A DNA stretch of 62,661 nt, filler included, from Asterionella formosa (Eukaryota): NCBI GenBank assembly GCA_002256025.1. It is 15 parts of 15 records of this genome, joined end to end, with 100 filler letters (N's around TTAATTAATTAA, not from the genome) between each part and the next. Parts side by side here need not be neighbours in the genome. Positions count along the whole stretch, not along the records: positions 46,959 to 48,295 come from NKIB01002931.1; positions 48,396 to 49,731 come from NKIB01002932.1; positions 49,832 to 51,176 come from NKIB01002933.1; positions 51,277 to 52,612 come from NKIB01002934.1; positions 52,713 to 54,048 come from NKIB01002935.1; positions 54,149 to 55,483 come from NKIB01002936.1; positions 55,584 to 56,923 come from NKIB01002937.1; positions 57,024 to 58,358 come from NKIB01002938.1; 7 more parts are not named here. One strand, written 5' to 3'. Positions 46,959-60,192 of this stretch are shown here, one piece after another; position 1 is the first letter of the stretch, and every line of letters starts with the position of its first letter. Both the position numbers and the translations under genes were made by a program. Under the pieces are notes generated by a model. It had not been told where the DNA came from and made no database searches. It saw only the letters and a program-made list of their open reading frames with translations.

Positions 46959-48032
46959 GACAATGTCGCCTTGAAAGTCGTCCAGTCTTTCCATAGGTGC
47001 GTGTCCGAACCAGTAAAGCAAGAGGCCAGGGCCAAATCTATGGACGTAAGATTCAGCTTGAGATTGGATTGTGTCCTTGTGGGTTGCTTCATCACCAAAG
47101 AGAGCCTTGGAGTCAATCCAACATACAACCTTCCAGTCACTCCCACCATTTGAATTTGCAACTTTGACACCTACTGGTATGGAGAGCAAAATGTCTGGTG
47201 TGCGAGATGCCCCACGTTGGCGTAGCTGTTCTTCCGTTTCGAATGGAATACCCATCGCTTGTAAGCACTGTTCTAGTATAATTTCATATTCAATTCCAAC
47301 TCGGCTTCGTTCTGCATCATGAGTAGGCCCATACATGGGATCGCGTTTGATGACATCCAATACCTCAGCTGCCAATCGAGTTACAGGGGACATGGTGTTG
47401 GAGTAGTGATTGCACAAGGTGTCCACCCCCGTATGACCAGGTATACTCTCTACTTGCTCGGATTCCTGATATGCTTCCAACACAGCACTGTTGTGACCAA
47501 GTTTCCCCATAGGATCTCTCATGGCATCAGTTAGCCCTTTTCGGCCTCGAAAGTTTGTTATCTCCTCGACAATTGCTCTTGCGAAAAGATAGGGTGGGTA
47601 CCTATTGCATTGTGCCAAGCTCATAATGGATTCACCTTGAGTGTACCTTTCAGCGTGCCGCTTCGATTGAGATTTCACTCGGTAAGCCGTATTTTTGACG
47701 TGGTTCAGATGTAAGTTCCGAAGCAGTGACTGGATGGACTGTTCAGGTGTGTGTGTGTCATCTATCGTTTGTGAGTTTGGCGGATGGAAATGAGTTGCAG
47801 AGCAACACAGAAAAGCGGTTTGGCGACAACGTCTACGTACCTCGTAGGGATAGCCAAAGTCTAAAGTCGCTGCATGTACAGCATCGTGAAATAAACAAGT
47901 ATCATAAAGAAAGTCTTTGTTTCCACTGATAGATTCGCGACACCAATAAACTAGCGCATTGTACCTTTCCATTTCCGATGAGCAGTGCGCTGTTCTGTCA
48001 GAACCCGCAGTGTTTCGGACTTTGCAATTCAT
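46959..48032 (-). CDS. CDIN1/C15orf41-like TPD-domain PD-(D/E)xK nuclease-fold protein (3' end in gap)
   Basis: GIEYEIILEQ, FETEEQLR, RTPDILL, WIDSKALFGD, SYVHRFGPGLLLYWFG. Confidence 0.88.
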
Positions 48033-48399
48033 CGCCTGTGTAGATTGATCAGATCCTCAACAGCATACCAGTATACTACTTTCTAGATCTAACAGCCAAC
48101 AGGTATTTGGTATTGATGTGGAGCAACTCAGTACCAGGTAGTCGTGATGAGGTTGGTGGCCGCGATCATAGGAATGGATGAATTTGCAAACTCCGCTACT
48201 AGGTACCGGTCGTACTTATTATTGACAACGGGTGCTCTGTCGTATGGACTCCGGAGTATCTGTTGTTACCAGTACCATGCCATCATCATCACGACNNNNN
48301 NNNNNNNNNNNNNNNNNNNNNNNNNNNNNNNNNNNNNNNTTAATTAATTAANNNNNNNNNNNNNNNNNNNNNNNNNNNNNNNNNNNNNNNNNNNNGCAG

Positions 48400-49150
48400 C
48401 TACCCTAAATCACACAATAAAGTTTGAGTGTTGTAATTCCGCCATGTCTGTCATTTTTAGCCCTTCAAATTTCCGAGTTGACCCAAGAATTTTGGCTGTG
48501 TTGGTTCCTCTTTACTTTGGTCTATAATTTTCCCTCTGAATTTAATTCTTCCTGAATTTCGAGATCGCATGGCATGCATTCTTCTTTTGGAGTTATGCCT
48601 GGAGACGGCCATTCCTACTCCTCATCAATATCAAAATTAAATATTGTGGGACGGCTGGATATACTTTGAAATGTATGTATTTCAAAGCCTTCTGTGCTTG
48701 TTATGCTCAGGTTGGTTGGGCCATTTCATTTGTGATCTTCTATTTAAATTCCTTTGACATTCAAGTATAAAGGGATAAATTTTCGACCCATCTGCTGTAG
48801 CGATGTCTGCCACTGAGGAAAGCTATAAATACATGCGACATGCGTTGATATGTAGCAATCGATAATGACAAACTCCCTTGGATGCCAGGTAACTATGATC
48901 ATTAAGTCGTTCTCGCATTCTTGTAGGTGTCCAAGCAATACTTGTCTCCACTTGGAGGTTGCGAGCGCCTAAAATATCTTTTTTTCTTGTCATCCATGTA
49001 ATTGTAAGATATGGAATATTAATTGCTGGATACATGAGAAGACTTTCCTCTCTCTCTGATTCTAGTTGTAGGGGCCGTAGGGAAATATCCATCATTTTTA
49101 CAACTGCGTCATCTGCATATTTATGACAGAGGGATAGCCGTAACATAATA
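48400..49150 (-). mobile_element. Non-LTR retrotransposon remnant (region downstream of RT)
   Basis: INACRMYL*LSSVADIATADG motif with an internal stop. Confidence 0.55.
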
Positions 49151-50159
49151 TAAGATTTAATTTCAATTTTTCCGCCATCACATTGTCCTCTGCTCAGTTA
49201 AAAGATGTTTAAATTTAAAGTACGTTAAAGCTAACTACTGATCGCGCTTGTGACCATAGTATATGCTTGGAAAGAATTTGTACCGGTTATTAATTGCCAT
49301 TTCCCTTGTTATTGCCTTAAGTGAATTTGTTTTTCATTTGTATTTGTGGAACCATTTTACTCTGCTATCACTCCGTCCTTTTCTGGAGTTATTTTCATTG
49401 CCCTCGTTGTTGTTCCCTTTACCTTTCCGTTGCCATTTGTAATTGTGGCATTATTTAACTCCTTCGAGCACCATCACTTGTGCAGCTGTTGTGCGTCATT
49501 GCCCTCGTTGTTACCTTCATCTTTCTGTTGTCCTTTAAAATTTGTAATCATTCAACTCTGCCAACCCCACCTCCTCTACTCCAGCTGTTGTCATTTTCCT
49601 CATTCCCCCCTTGCCTTTCTGTTGAAAATTGCAATTAAGGCATCATTTAACTCTGTCTTCACCTACTCCCATCCTGCAGTTTTTGGTAGTAGCATCACTG
49701 TGTCTTGGCCATCCAACTTGGATTTTGAATCNNNNNNNNNNNNNNNNNNNNNNNNNNNNNNNNNNNNNNNNNNNNTTAATTAATTAANNNNNNNNNNNNN
49801 NNNNNNNNNNNNNNNNNNNNNNNNNNNNNNNGTTGGATCAGCAGTAGACAACTCAACAATATCTTCGACGTCCTCATCAGCTACAACGCATTGCTTCTCT
49901 TCCGAATCAATGCGAATAGAGGCAGCATCAGAAGTTTCAGCCGTACCCACTACTTTGCAGCTCATTGCGCCAATTAATCGAGATATAGTCGATGTTGGAA
50001 GATTGGTATAGAGATGAGCGGACTACTGATTCTTGTATGACTCACGAAGCTGAAAGGTAATGTAGACAGAGTACCGTAGTATATATATAACAAAAAATAG
50101 TCGGCGCAATATTTAATAGTGTTGTGCTTGCGTATTTACAGTTATTTTATCAGTGGCAA

Positions 50160-50372
50160 CGGACGTGATACACAGTGATCAACGGCTTGATCAGTGATAC
50201 AGCATTGGTCAGGGGTCCAAAAACTGTATCAGTGATACACCCATGATACACCGGTGATCAGACCAAAAAAACCGTTGGTGATACACAAAAAAAAACCAAA
50301 CCGCCATTTTTGTATCATATTTCGGTGATGATACACCAATGACAACAAATAACAGAATGATAAGAACGGCCC
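50160..50372 (-). mobile_element. Terminal fragment of the Harbinger-like family seen at 1-1390
   Basis: Reverse complement starts GGGCCGTTCTTATCATT and then aligns with window positions 1-185. Confidence 0.65.
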
Positions 50373-51276
50373 ATAGCATCAGAGGACGGCAACCAGCACA
50401 GCATCAGAGGAATAAAATACTGGTATGTGTATATACTGTGCGACTGACTCAACAAGACGACTTTGTCCAAAAAGATAAAATGCGATGTTCCTCATCATCA
50501 GACATCTACCGGACACTTACGCTGATTTTCGTAGAAATGTTGGGACAGTTGGTTTTTCAGCCGAAGTCTGAACTTCCGTTCATTCCAAGTTCATAATTTA
50601 ATTCGGTATATCTAGTACTTCTACGTTATTGACGAAATTCTACCAAAGTAGTATTTTTCTGTAGGGCTCCGGTAGTGTTTTACTCTGGACAGGTCAATGC
50701 TGTCCGGTATTCCTCCCTTGCTTGACCGTGGTGAAAATATGGTATAGAGAAAGGCAAAAATTCTACCCAGTGGTACTGGGGGTAGAATTTTTTTTCACAT
50801 TTTGGTAGAATATTCTACCAACGGACCGATGGAACCCTGCAGTATGCCATGGTATTGTCCAAGAAATTCTACCAGGGGTACCTGGTACCTCGTACTGGAG
50901 TACCGGTAGTTGCACCAGTACCAGGTACCAGGGTTCCTAGAGTACTGCTACTGGTACCTGGTACCAGGGTACCCTGTTACCAGGCATGTGTAGCTGGTGA
51001 GTACTTTTGGGCTCGACTCGTACCTGTACCTGTGTACCTGGTGCACTGGCTGTGTTGTGTTATGTTGAGGGATTATACTACTGGTAAAACATCATAAATT
51101 AAAATAAACTTAAACATCAGTACAATTAAACATCAGCATGGCAACAAGCAATGTTGACCAGGAGAGTAAATGAACTNNNNNNNNNNNNNNNNNNNNNNNN
51201 NNNNNNNNNNNNNNNNNNNNTTAATTAATTAANNNNNNNNNNNNNNNNNNNNNNNNNNNNNNNNNNNNNNNNNNNN

Positions 51277-52612
51277 CTTGCACAGCAGGCCCTGTTCAAC
51301 ACTCTCTTGTAACCGGCGTGACGGCTTGTGTCGTTGTGACCAACGCACTCCTGAAGAGGCGGACTCCTGTGACGCAAGGAGTGGGAGTCCTGCCCCGGTT
51401 TCCTCCAGAATCACCTCAGAAGTATCCAGGAGAGCCTCATGTGGGACCCCATCCTCATTTACGACTGGAATAACCAGGGGTGGCGGTCCCTGTGGGGAGA
51501 GGAGGAGAGGGGGCGGGAAAATCTCTTGACTTAAACTGTCCACGACGACCGGCTTGGTGCGCCCTCGTGATCCTTTGGCTCCGGACGACTTCTCGGAGAA
51601 ATGCGTGGCGGAGAGCCAGCCAATCTCATATACGTCCTCCTTGGTTCCCACGGTTTCGAAGAAGTCATCGAACGCAACATGAAATTGCGGTGACACCAGC
51701 CCCGTCGATATGTTTAACACTAGAGCAACGGACCGGGCATGCTGTGGGGACTGCCCTAGATACAAGCCTACCCTCGCTCTCTTAAACCATTTAGGTATGT
51801 GTTTCCCGGCAGCCAGCTCGTTAGTCAGAACGTACGTAGGGCACCCAAAAGGGCGAAATGACCCCAACTTAGGGGACACGTCAGTCCGGGAAAACACGCT
51901 TGCGGCGGACCTTCCGTCCACACGACGCGGAGCGCTAATAAGTGCATCATTAGCCGCACGCAGTGCATATGGCCACAGGCAATTTGACATGACTCATGGC
52001 CATCGGGCAGTGGCGTGCAATAACGCAGTACGCGCCAAGTCCTGTAAGTCCCTAATTTGTTTCTCTGCCACACCATTTTGAAAATGTGCGTTGACACCAC
52101 AATACGAAATTCTCTGGCGCTGCTCGGAAATGTCTTGCAAGAACAGCGTGTCCGCAAATCTACCGTTGTCAGCATGGTAGTGCATCACCTTCACGCCGTG
52201 TGACTCGCAGTATCGCTCGAAGGCCCTTTTTGCCTTCACGGTGTCATCCGAGGTCAGCGATCGCTGCAAGTGGACAAATGAAAGGCGGCTGAAATGGTCA
52301 ACAAAGATCGTTGCGGCCATATATCGCTGAGTGGTGGGAACTCCTTTGAGTTGCCCAATCAGCCCTGGTGTAGGGGACTGCATCTGGTCCACGGAGACGC
52401 ACTGCCCAGGGAAAGTCGCCGTTCCGCCCCCCACCTTGCTTGGTGGTGCTTTTGACCTCCACGCCCTTCGAGTCGCCTTTCCATACATGCAGGCAGCGCA
52501 TTTGGGAATGCGGGCCTGCAAGAGTCTCTTGGGAAGAAATCCGGTAGCAGCCATGCTCCGCAGTTGGCTGAAGGGCAGATGGCCAAGCCGGTAGTGGAGA
52601 CGAAGCAATTCC
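51277..52612 (-). mobile_element. Ty1/copia GAG-pre-integrase + integrase fragment with premature stop
   Basis: LHYRLGH..CAAC, VSVDQ, HADNG, QNGVAE, WPYA, FGCP; CGA>TGA at 51994-51996; bounded by gaps. Confidence 0.92.
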
Positions 52613-52712
52613 NNNNNNNNNNNNNNNNNNNNNNNNNNNNNNNNNNNNNNNNNNNNTTAATTAATTAANNNNNNNNNNNNNNNNNNNNNNNNNNNNNNNN
52701 NNNNNNNNNNNN

Positions 52713-54048
52713 GGAATTGCTTCGTCTCCACTACCGGCTTGGCCATCTGCCCTTCAGCCAACTGCGGAGCATGGCTGCTACCGGATTTCTTCCCAAGAGA
52801 CTCTTGCAGGCCCGCATTCCCAAATGCGCTGCCTGCATGTATGGAAAGGCGACTCGAAGGGCGTGGAGGTCAAAAGCACCACCAAGCAAGGTGGGGGGCG
52901 GAACGGCGACTTTCCCTGGGCAGTGCGTCTCCGTGGACCAGATGCAGTCCCCTACACCAGGGCTGATTGGGCAACTCAAAGGAGTTCCCACCACTCAGCG
53001 ATATATGGCCGCAACGATCTTTGTTGACCATTTCAGCCGCCTTTCATTTGTCCACTTGCAGCGATCGCTGACCTCGGATGACACCGTGAAGGCAAAAAGG
53101 GCCTTCGAGCGATACTGCGAGTCACACGGCGTGAAGGTGATGCACTACCATGCTGACAACGGTCGATTTGCGGACACGCTGTTCTTGCAGGACATTGCCG
53201 AGCAGCGCCAGAGAATTTCGTATTGTGGTGTCAACGCACATTTTCAAAATGGTGTGGCAGAGAAACGAATTAGGGACTTACAGGACTTGGCGCGTACTGC
53301 GTTATTGCACGCCACTGCCCGATGGCCACGAGTCATGTCAAATTGTCTGTGGCCATATGCACTGCGTGCGGCTAATGATGCACTTATTAGCGCTCCGCGT
53401 CGTGTGGACGGAAGGTCCGCCGCAAGCGTGTTTTCCCGGACTGATGTGTCCCCTAAGTTGGGGTCATTTCGCCCTTTTGGGTGCCCTACGTACGTTCTGA
53501 CTAACGAGCTGGCTGCCGGGAAACACATACCTAAATGGTTTAAGAGAGCGAGGGTAGGCTTGTATCTAGGGCAGTCCCCACAGCATGCCCGGTCCGTTGC
53601 TCTAGTGTTAAACATATCGACGGGGCTGGTGTCACCGCAATTTCATGTTGCGTTCGATGACCTCTTCGAAACCGTGGGAACCAAGGAGGATGTATATGAG
53701 ATTGGCTGGCTCTCCGCCACGCATTTCTCCGAGAAGTCGTCCGGAGCCAAAGGATCACGAGGGCGCACCAAGCCGGTCGTCGTGGACAGTTTAAGTCAAG
53801 AGATTTTCCCGCCCCATCTCCTCCTCTCCCCACAGGGACCGCCACCCCTGGTTATTCCAGTCGTAAATGAGGATGGGGTCCCACATGAGGCTCTCCTGGA
53901 TGCTTCTGAGGTGATGCTGGAGGAAACCGGGGCAGGACTCCCACTCCTTGCGTCACAGGAGTCCGCCTCTTCAGGAGTGCGTTGGTCACAACGACACAAG
54001 CCGTCACGCCGGTTACAAGAGAGTGTTGAACAGGGCCTGCTGTGCAAG
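52713..54048 (+). mobile_element. Ty1/copia GAG-pre-integrase + integrase fragment (open frame)
   Basis: Same HHCC and D,D,E motifs; near-identical inverted copy of 51277-52612; bounded by gaps. Confidence 0.92.
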
Positions 54049-54148
54049 NNNNNNNNNNNNNNNNNNNNNNNNNNNNNNNNNNNNNNNNNNNNTTAATTAA
54101 TTAANNNNNNNNNNNNNNNNNNNNNNNNNNNNNNNNNNNNNNNNNNNN

Positions 54149-54304
54149 TGGAACAGTTACACGAAAGACAGTAGAGTTCCCACTCACACTTACAGCACCA
54201 GGACGAGAGGTAGCAGTCGTGATACTGCCATCATCAGATTGGATCGTAGAAGCGGAATTGGAAACTTCTTTACTCCTGTTGCGTTTGATGAAACTTGACA
54301 ACAT
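54149..54304 (-). CDS. 5' fragment of a protein-coding gene truncated by a gap
   Basis: ATG at 54304, open to the gap (..PGAVSVSGNSTVFRVTVP); microsatellite-rich upstream region. Confidence 0.5.
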
Positions 54305-54384
54305 TTGTTTCGTTTCGTTTCGTTCTTTCCTTTTGATCTTACTAGTTACTACTGACTAGTACTACTGACAATTACTACGGATGG

Positions 54385-54525
54385 ATAGATGAATGAATGA
54401 ATGAATGGATGAATGGATGAATGGATGGAGAACAAATGTTTGGTTGTTGTTGTTGTTGTTGTTGTTTGTTCTACAACGTCCTTTTTCCATTTTATATTTA
54501 TACTGCTGCTGCTGCTGCTGCTGCT
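54385..54525. repeat. Microsatellite cluster (TGAA/TGGA)n, (TTG)n, (CTG)n
   Basis: Directly visible in the sequence. Confidence 0.9.
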
Positions 54526-57023
54526 TGTACTTGCTGCTATGTACCTTGCTGATATGTACTTGACTTGCTTGCACACTTTTTTTTCTTTTTTTCCCCTGTC
54601 TGAGGAGGGAAGGAGGACGAGAGAAAGATTCATGTTCCATTCATGCATGTCGTGGAAATCTGTACCAGAGGTACATATATTGTAGAACCACTGTATCACG
54701 GTACCAGTAGTTGTATCTACCAATCTACTTACTAAAAGCAAGTACCCAAGTACGTAATATGATACCGTAGATGAATACCGCTTCACCGGTAGTTACCAGG
54801 TAGTCTACTGTACATCATCAATATATATATTTATATATAGAATGTACGCAGGATACAGTACTTGGAAGTATATGTATATGAATTTGTATATGCCGTAGAA
54901 TATCACGTTTTTTAAATACATGCCTGAGACGAAGTGGACTTTATGTAGAACCTACCTATCTACTACTAGACCTACTAGTCTACCTTTAAGTACATACCGG
55001 AATCATAATTCCGGTAGCTACAGTTGTGTGGTATCATCCACAGGTTCATACATACATACATATATACATACATACCGGTAGATACCCCGGTATATACTAA
55101 TATATATGATACCTATGTTGTTATGTAAACAGTACTCCATCATAGAACTGGTACCAGGTAGGTACCTGGTAGTACCCCTGCTCCGGGCAGAAGATCGTCG
55201 AGGTGTGTGTGTCATCAACAAAATGCGAGTCATGATTCATATTCAAAAAAAGCAACAGCAAGGGAGGGGAGCAGGACGGATGCATACTACTACATACCGG
55301 TAAGATTAATATACTACGTAGACTACGGTTGGTATACCCGGGTATACGACATACTGCCGGTAGGTACACACAACCACGAACGTTTAGTGTTTTATCCACC
55401 ACACACACTCCTCCTCCGACACGACATTATATCTTACTACATATCGTACTATGTAACGTAGTAGTTGTTTACGACTGGGGGCGNNNNNNNNNNNNNNNNN
55501 NNNNNNNNNNNNNNNNNNNNNNNNNNNTTAATTAATTAANNNNNNNNNNNNNNNNNNNNNNNNNNNNNNNNNNNNNNNNNNNNCGGTTTACTTGAAGACA
55601 ACATCAGCATATATCTATAGTGGAAAGATTTGTAGAAATCATCATCGCATTGCTTGATCTATTTATAAGTCGTAATGCAGGTCATAATTTCTTTTTCCTT
55701 GCGTGGTTGTTATGGAGTACGGTACAGTAGTTCGAAAATGTGGCCAATATGTTGAAGCTGAGTACATTTTATCTAGAACATCATCTATACCTGTGACTCA
55801 GTATACATACCGGTAGTCTAAATAAGGTATATATCAGAAAGCGATGTCCCAACGACAACTAACAATGCGGGTCCATTCAACCGAACAATGATGTCATACA
55901 TACAATATCTACAGGTATGTTCAAACTTAAATAAAGAACTTGCTTCCAATAATGTATATGGGGCTACCGGTTGTCGAACCCACTCTCTATACCTATTTTG
56001 AAGGATATATGTAATCTTTATCGTCACACTATGTATACACTGTAACAATGCTGTTGTTGTCGATGATTGAATCAACAATCTTATGTTTTGTATGCCGGTA
56101 TAATAATCAACATCTGGAATGTTCGAAAAGTCCATGAATGAATACCGGTATACCCATCAGCAATTACTGGGTACATACATTACGGTGAAGCTATGATGCT
56201 GCTAAGAATAGAATGACAATGTTCTGTAATTTTATCCGGAACACATTGTCGTCAAAGTCACCTTTGACTACCGGTAGTCTACCGGGACTTTTCCCAAACA
56301 GGGTTGAAAAAGAGAAAACTATTCGTAAATTCAACTGCCCATTGGCATTTGCACCACAATTGCACCACCGATTGCACCACTATTACTTAGAGAAACCAAA
56401 ATTGCACCATCAGACTACCCATATATAAAATCCGTGCTACGGCCTGCACCACCGTAGTGATATTTTCTACATAGGATCACGATCAGATTCATATAAGATA
56501 TGTATTTTGTAGTAGCCAACGGCCGTAGGCTACCCGGTACATACATGTAATGGGACATACCGGTACTAATAAAGTATTGCAAGCATTTTGTATCATATAT
56601 ATAGGTTACTACCGGTAATGAATTTTTAACTAAGGCACTCCTTGCTGATGTCATATTGTCGCTGCACCACATTGCACCAACATAGACCTACTGGTACTTG
56701 TGTACATACCTTGTCACCAGGTACCAGGTAGTCTACCGGTACTACCGGTATACTCGGCATAAGGTACGGGTATACTATCTTAGGGTACCAGGTACCAGGG
56801 TACCTGGTACTGGTATGGTACCCAGGTACCGGTACCTGGTCTACCAAGTAATTTAGGGTACCTGCACTTGTACCTGGTAACCAGGTAGAATAGTACCTGC
56901 AAGTTGAGATCATTTTGGTTAATNNNNNNNNNNNNNNNNNNNNNNNNNNNNNNNNNNNNNNNNNNNNTTAATTAATTAANNNNNNNNNNNNNNNNNNNNN
57001 NNNNNNNNNNNNNNNNNNNNNNN

Positions 57024-58338
57024 CAAAACCGATTTAACATGAATGATTTAACTCCCCAGGTGAAACAGGCCATATTGCATGATGGAAAACTGATTGATGT
57101 TGTATGTTTTGATTTCATGGCTCAGGTTAAGAATCTCTTGACAAATGACACACTAATGTCACCACAAAATGTGTCATTTGATTTCGTCAATCCGTGTAAA
57201 GCACCACAACCCACCAGTGTCAGATCCGAATTTCACACTGGTACCTGGTGGATAGATGCCCATGAATATTTATGTTCTCAGCCAAATGACTTCCTTGTTC
57301 CACTAATGTTCTTTATTGACAAGACACACACGGTTGAAAAAGGAAAGTACACAATGGAGCCTGTCCTAATGTCACTTGGTATTTTTACTACCAATGTAAG
57401 AAATAAGGTCAATGCATGGCGGCCAATCGGATTGATCCCAAAGCTGACCTCATCAAGTCTATCTGAAATCCAGTCCCTAACCCCTGATCAAAAGGAATTC
57501 GATTATCACGCTGTCCTTGGTGTGATTCTTGAGGGGGTCAAGAATGTCCAACAAGCTGGTGGATTCAAACACATTTTCAATTTCGGAGGCAATCAATTTA
57601 CACTTAATGTGAAAGTTCCGGTTGGTCTAATTCTCGGTGATGCTGAAGGTTTAGATGGACAATGCGGACGAAAGAAAACATATCTAAAGACTGCCAGAAT
57701 GTGTCGTGAATGTGATTGTCCGTTTGATCAAACGGACAATCCATCTCATGAATGCAGTCCTGTAGGTCAGATTGATTACGAGGAACTATTAATCCGGGGC
57801 ATAAAAGATTTATTGGATAAGGTGAGCCAAAGATTCATCTATCCCTTTTGGTATCAGTTGTGTTTTGGTGGCGATCCTCTTGGTGTTAATGGGCACGTTC
57901 CTCCTGAAAAACTCCATTCCATTCAAGAAGGAATAATGGATCACCTCATGGAGCTATATTCTTATATGATCGGGCGTCCCAAAACAGTAAAGGGTAATTC
58001 CAATCGAAAACTGTTTGACCAGTTGTTCAACAAAATATCTAAACTCTTCCTTCACCAGAGTGACCGAGACCTTCCTCGTTGTTCCTTCAATTTCGGTTTT
58101 CATGGTTGCAAAACGAAAATAACTGCTAACGAAAGAATCGGAGTGATGCTTATTGCCTGTGTTGTCATGGCATGTGATGCTGGAATCAAAATCTGCCGAG
58201 AAGAAAGTGGTATGACCAATCAAGAAATTCAAAACTTTCAAGGTCTATTCGAAGGGATGCTCTGCTACAATGCCTGGTTTAGTAAAGAGAGTTTTGATGT
58301 GGGAAATTTACCACAGGAACACCAAAGCGTTGTCAACT
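57024..58338 (+). mobile_element. Plavaka-type transposase fragment (open frame, both ends in gaps)
   Basis: EFHTGTWW, PLMFFIDKTH, EPV.MSLG, WRPIGLIP, LILGDAEG, CRECDCP, PEKLHSIQEG. Confidence 0.8.
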
Positions 58339-58619
58339 ATTTTACTAAGCTGGTAAAANNNNNNNNNNNNNNNNNNNNNNNNNNNNNNNNNNNNNNNNNN
58401 NNTTAATTAATTAANNNNNNNNNNNNNNNNNNNNNNNNNNNNNNNNNNNNNNNNNNNNAGCACTCTATGCTTTCTTGTATCCTGTAAGGACACGTCAGGG
58501 ACCAAATAGGCTGTAGATATAACAACGATGTATCCGTGATCGATTGTAATCGTTCCTAAAAGTTTTAATAGAATTATGGGTTTTTACTGTTGGTGTAGAT
58601 TGTTTTCGAATTCTCTGGT

Positions 58620-59117
58620 ACCATATTCTTTCTTGATTCATTCGATTCAATATGTAGTAGGTAATTTATACCGGGATTTTCTTTCCTAAAATATTTTCTC
58701 CAACACCCGTAACCTCGGCGCAATGTTATCCTTGGAGGGCAACCACCAAGATGAATACAAAAAAAATACAGCGCCATGAGGTTCTCTTTGCCTACCAAAC
58801 AATGCTCCAACCAGCAATGAAATACTCTTTGTGCTCCTCAGCCTTCACCTTTCAACAGTGTCAACAAATAGACAGATCTTATATGCCCACTCTGTTAACG
58901 CGCATGGGTTTTAAGAAAATGACTAAATGATTTCTGTTCTACGGCCCGCCAAACCTGGGCACTTTTGGTTTCACTGACACATACACCGACCAAGGAATCG
59001 CACAACTTCAAATGTTCTTGGGGCAACTCCGCCATGACAACGAGCTCGCTCAGCTTGTGCATGATGTCCTACTTGAAAAACTGCAACTTCACATGGGTGT
59101 TTCCGAAAAAACCTTTC
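58620..59117 (+). mobile_element. Non-LTR RT C-terminal remnant
   Basis: RNLG, KYSL..., LLTRMGF and FYGPPNLGTFGFTDTYTDQGIAQLQMFLGQLR, with stops/frameshifts. Confidence 0.6.
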
Positions 59118-59793
59118 TGAGGGAAACCAGCAAATATTCAAACGAATAAATGCAGTTTGACAATAACCAAAGTAAGACGCAAATCAATAACAGATTAGTC
59201 TAGTTTCAATTATATGTTTCATAATCATTGGGCATCGTCTGCAAAAACGCGCTAGCCTGTCTAACATGCACCAAACAGCAGCAAGACGAGCGAGAAGACC
59301 CTCATCATTCAGATATACCTGAATGTGGACTGAACACATCGCTCAAAAATCCTTATTATTCCAATAGAAGAATCGCTACAACGCAGCATGACTCGCCATC
59401 AACCAACTGCCAAAAGAGACCCAACCACATCCGCTTGGACCCAATCCGGCAGCAAGTTACAAATCGAATCGTCAATGCAAAAATGAAGGGGGGACCCGGA
59501 AACCCATCAGACATTTTAATACCACAGCCTCACCATCACACGTACGTCAAACATTGGAATACCCAATGGCACTGCACCCCTGGCACCAGGGAGCAAGGGC
59601 ACATGAGAAATGCATAATTCTCACACTCCCTTATTCGAGCAGGCAACTTGCGCCCAAATCAAGAACACCTGTACTACCAGCCTTGCAAAGCTTTGCAATG
59701 ACGCAGGAAAGCCGCCAACGGGAGCGGCTTGGTGAACATGTCAGCCACTTGATGCTGCGTATCGACATGCTCTATAAATATGAGCTTCCTTCG
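59118..59793 (-). mobile_element. 3' end of a copia element: RNase H C-terminus (59793-59674), PPT and 3' LTR (59625-59118)
   Basis: QVADMFTKPLPLAAFLRHCKALQGW*, then AAGGGAG followed by TGTGAG..., ending ...TTTCCCTCA. The LTR 3' boundary is inferred. Confidence 0.75.
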
Positions 59794-59893
59794 NNNNNNN
59801 NNNNNNNNNNNNNNNNNNNNNNNNNNNNNNNNNNNNNTTAATTAATTAANNNNNNNNNNNNNNNNNNNNNNNNNNNNNNNNNNNNNNNNNNNN

Positions 59894-60087
59894 GACATTC
59901 TCCAACTTGCTTTTCAACTCCGGGCAGGCCCTAATGACGAGAAGAATGTTATTTCCTGTTTTGATATAATACTTTAATGATTAACAAGCATAAAGTGCAA
60001 TAAGGGACCTACCGACTCGTCCTGTGCAGTAGCGAGAACCAAGAGCAATGCCAATGCTGCGCCGATGAACGGGTTTCCAATTCTCAT
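59894..60087 (-). CDS. 5' fragment of a secreted protein truncated by a gap
   Basis: Signal peptide MRIGNPFIGAALALLLVLATA-QDES followed by a plausible GTAGGT...ACAG intron. Confidence 0.45.
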
Positions 60088-60192
60088 ATTTTTGCTTTCT
60101 CGGTTATTTACATCGATATATTTTTTGCTGTTTCGTTGTTGTTAGTGCGAAGTGCGAATGCATCGATTTATAAGGAGGAATAAAATGTACCA

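Noticed and set aside
4137..48032. Apparent clustering of chromatin/replication genes (MCM4, FKBP, NASP, CDIN1)
   Set aside because: Interspersed with unrelated genes, and partly on contigs of uncertain order; no evidence of a functional cluster.
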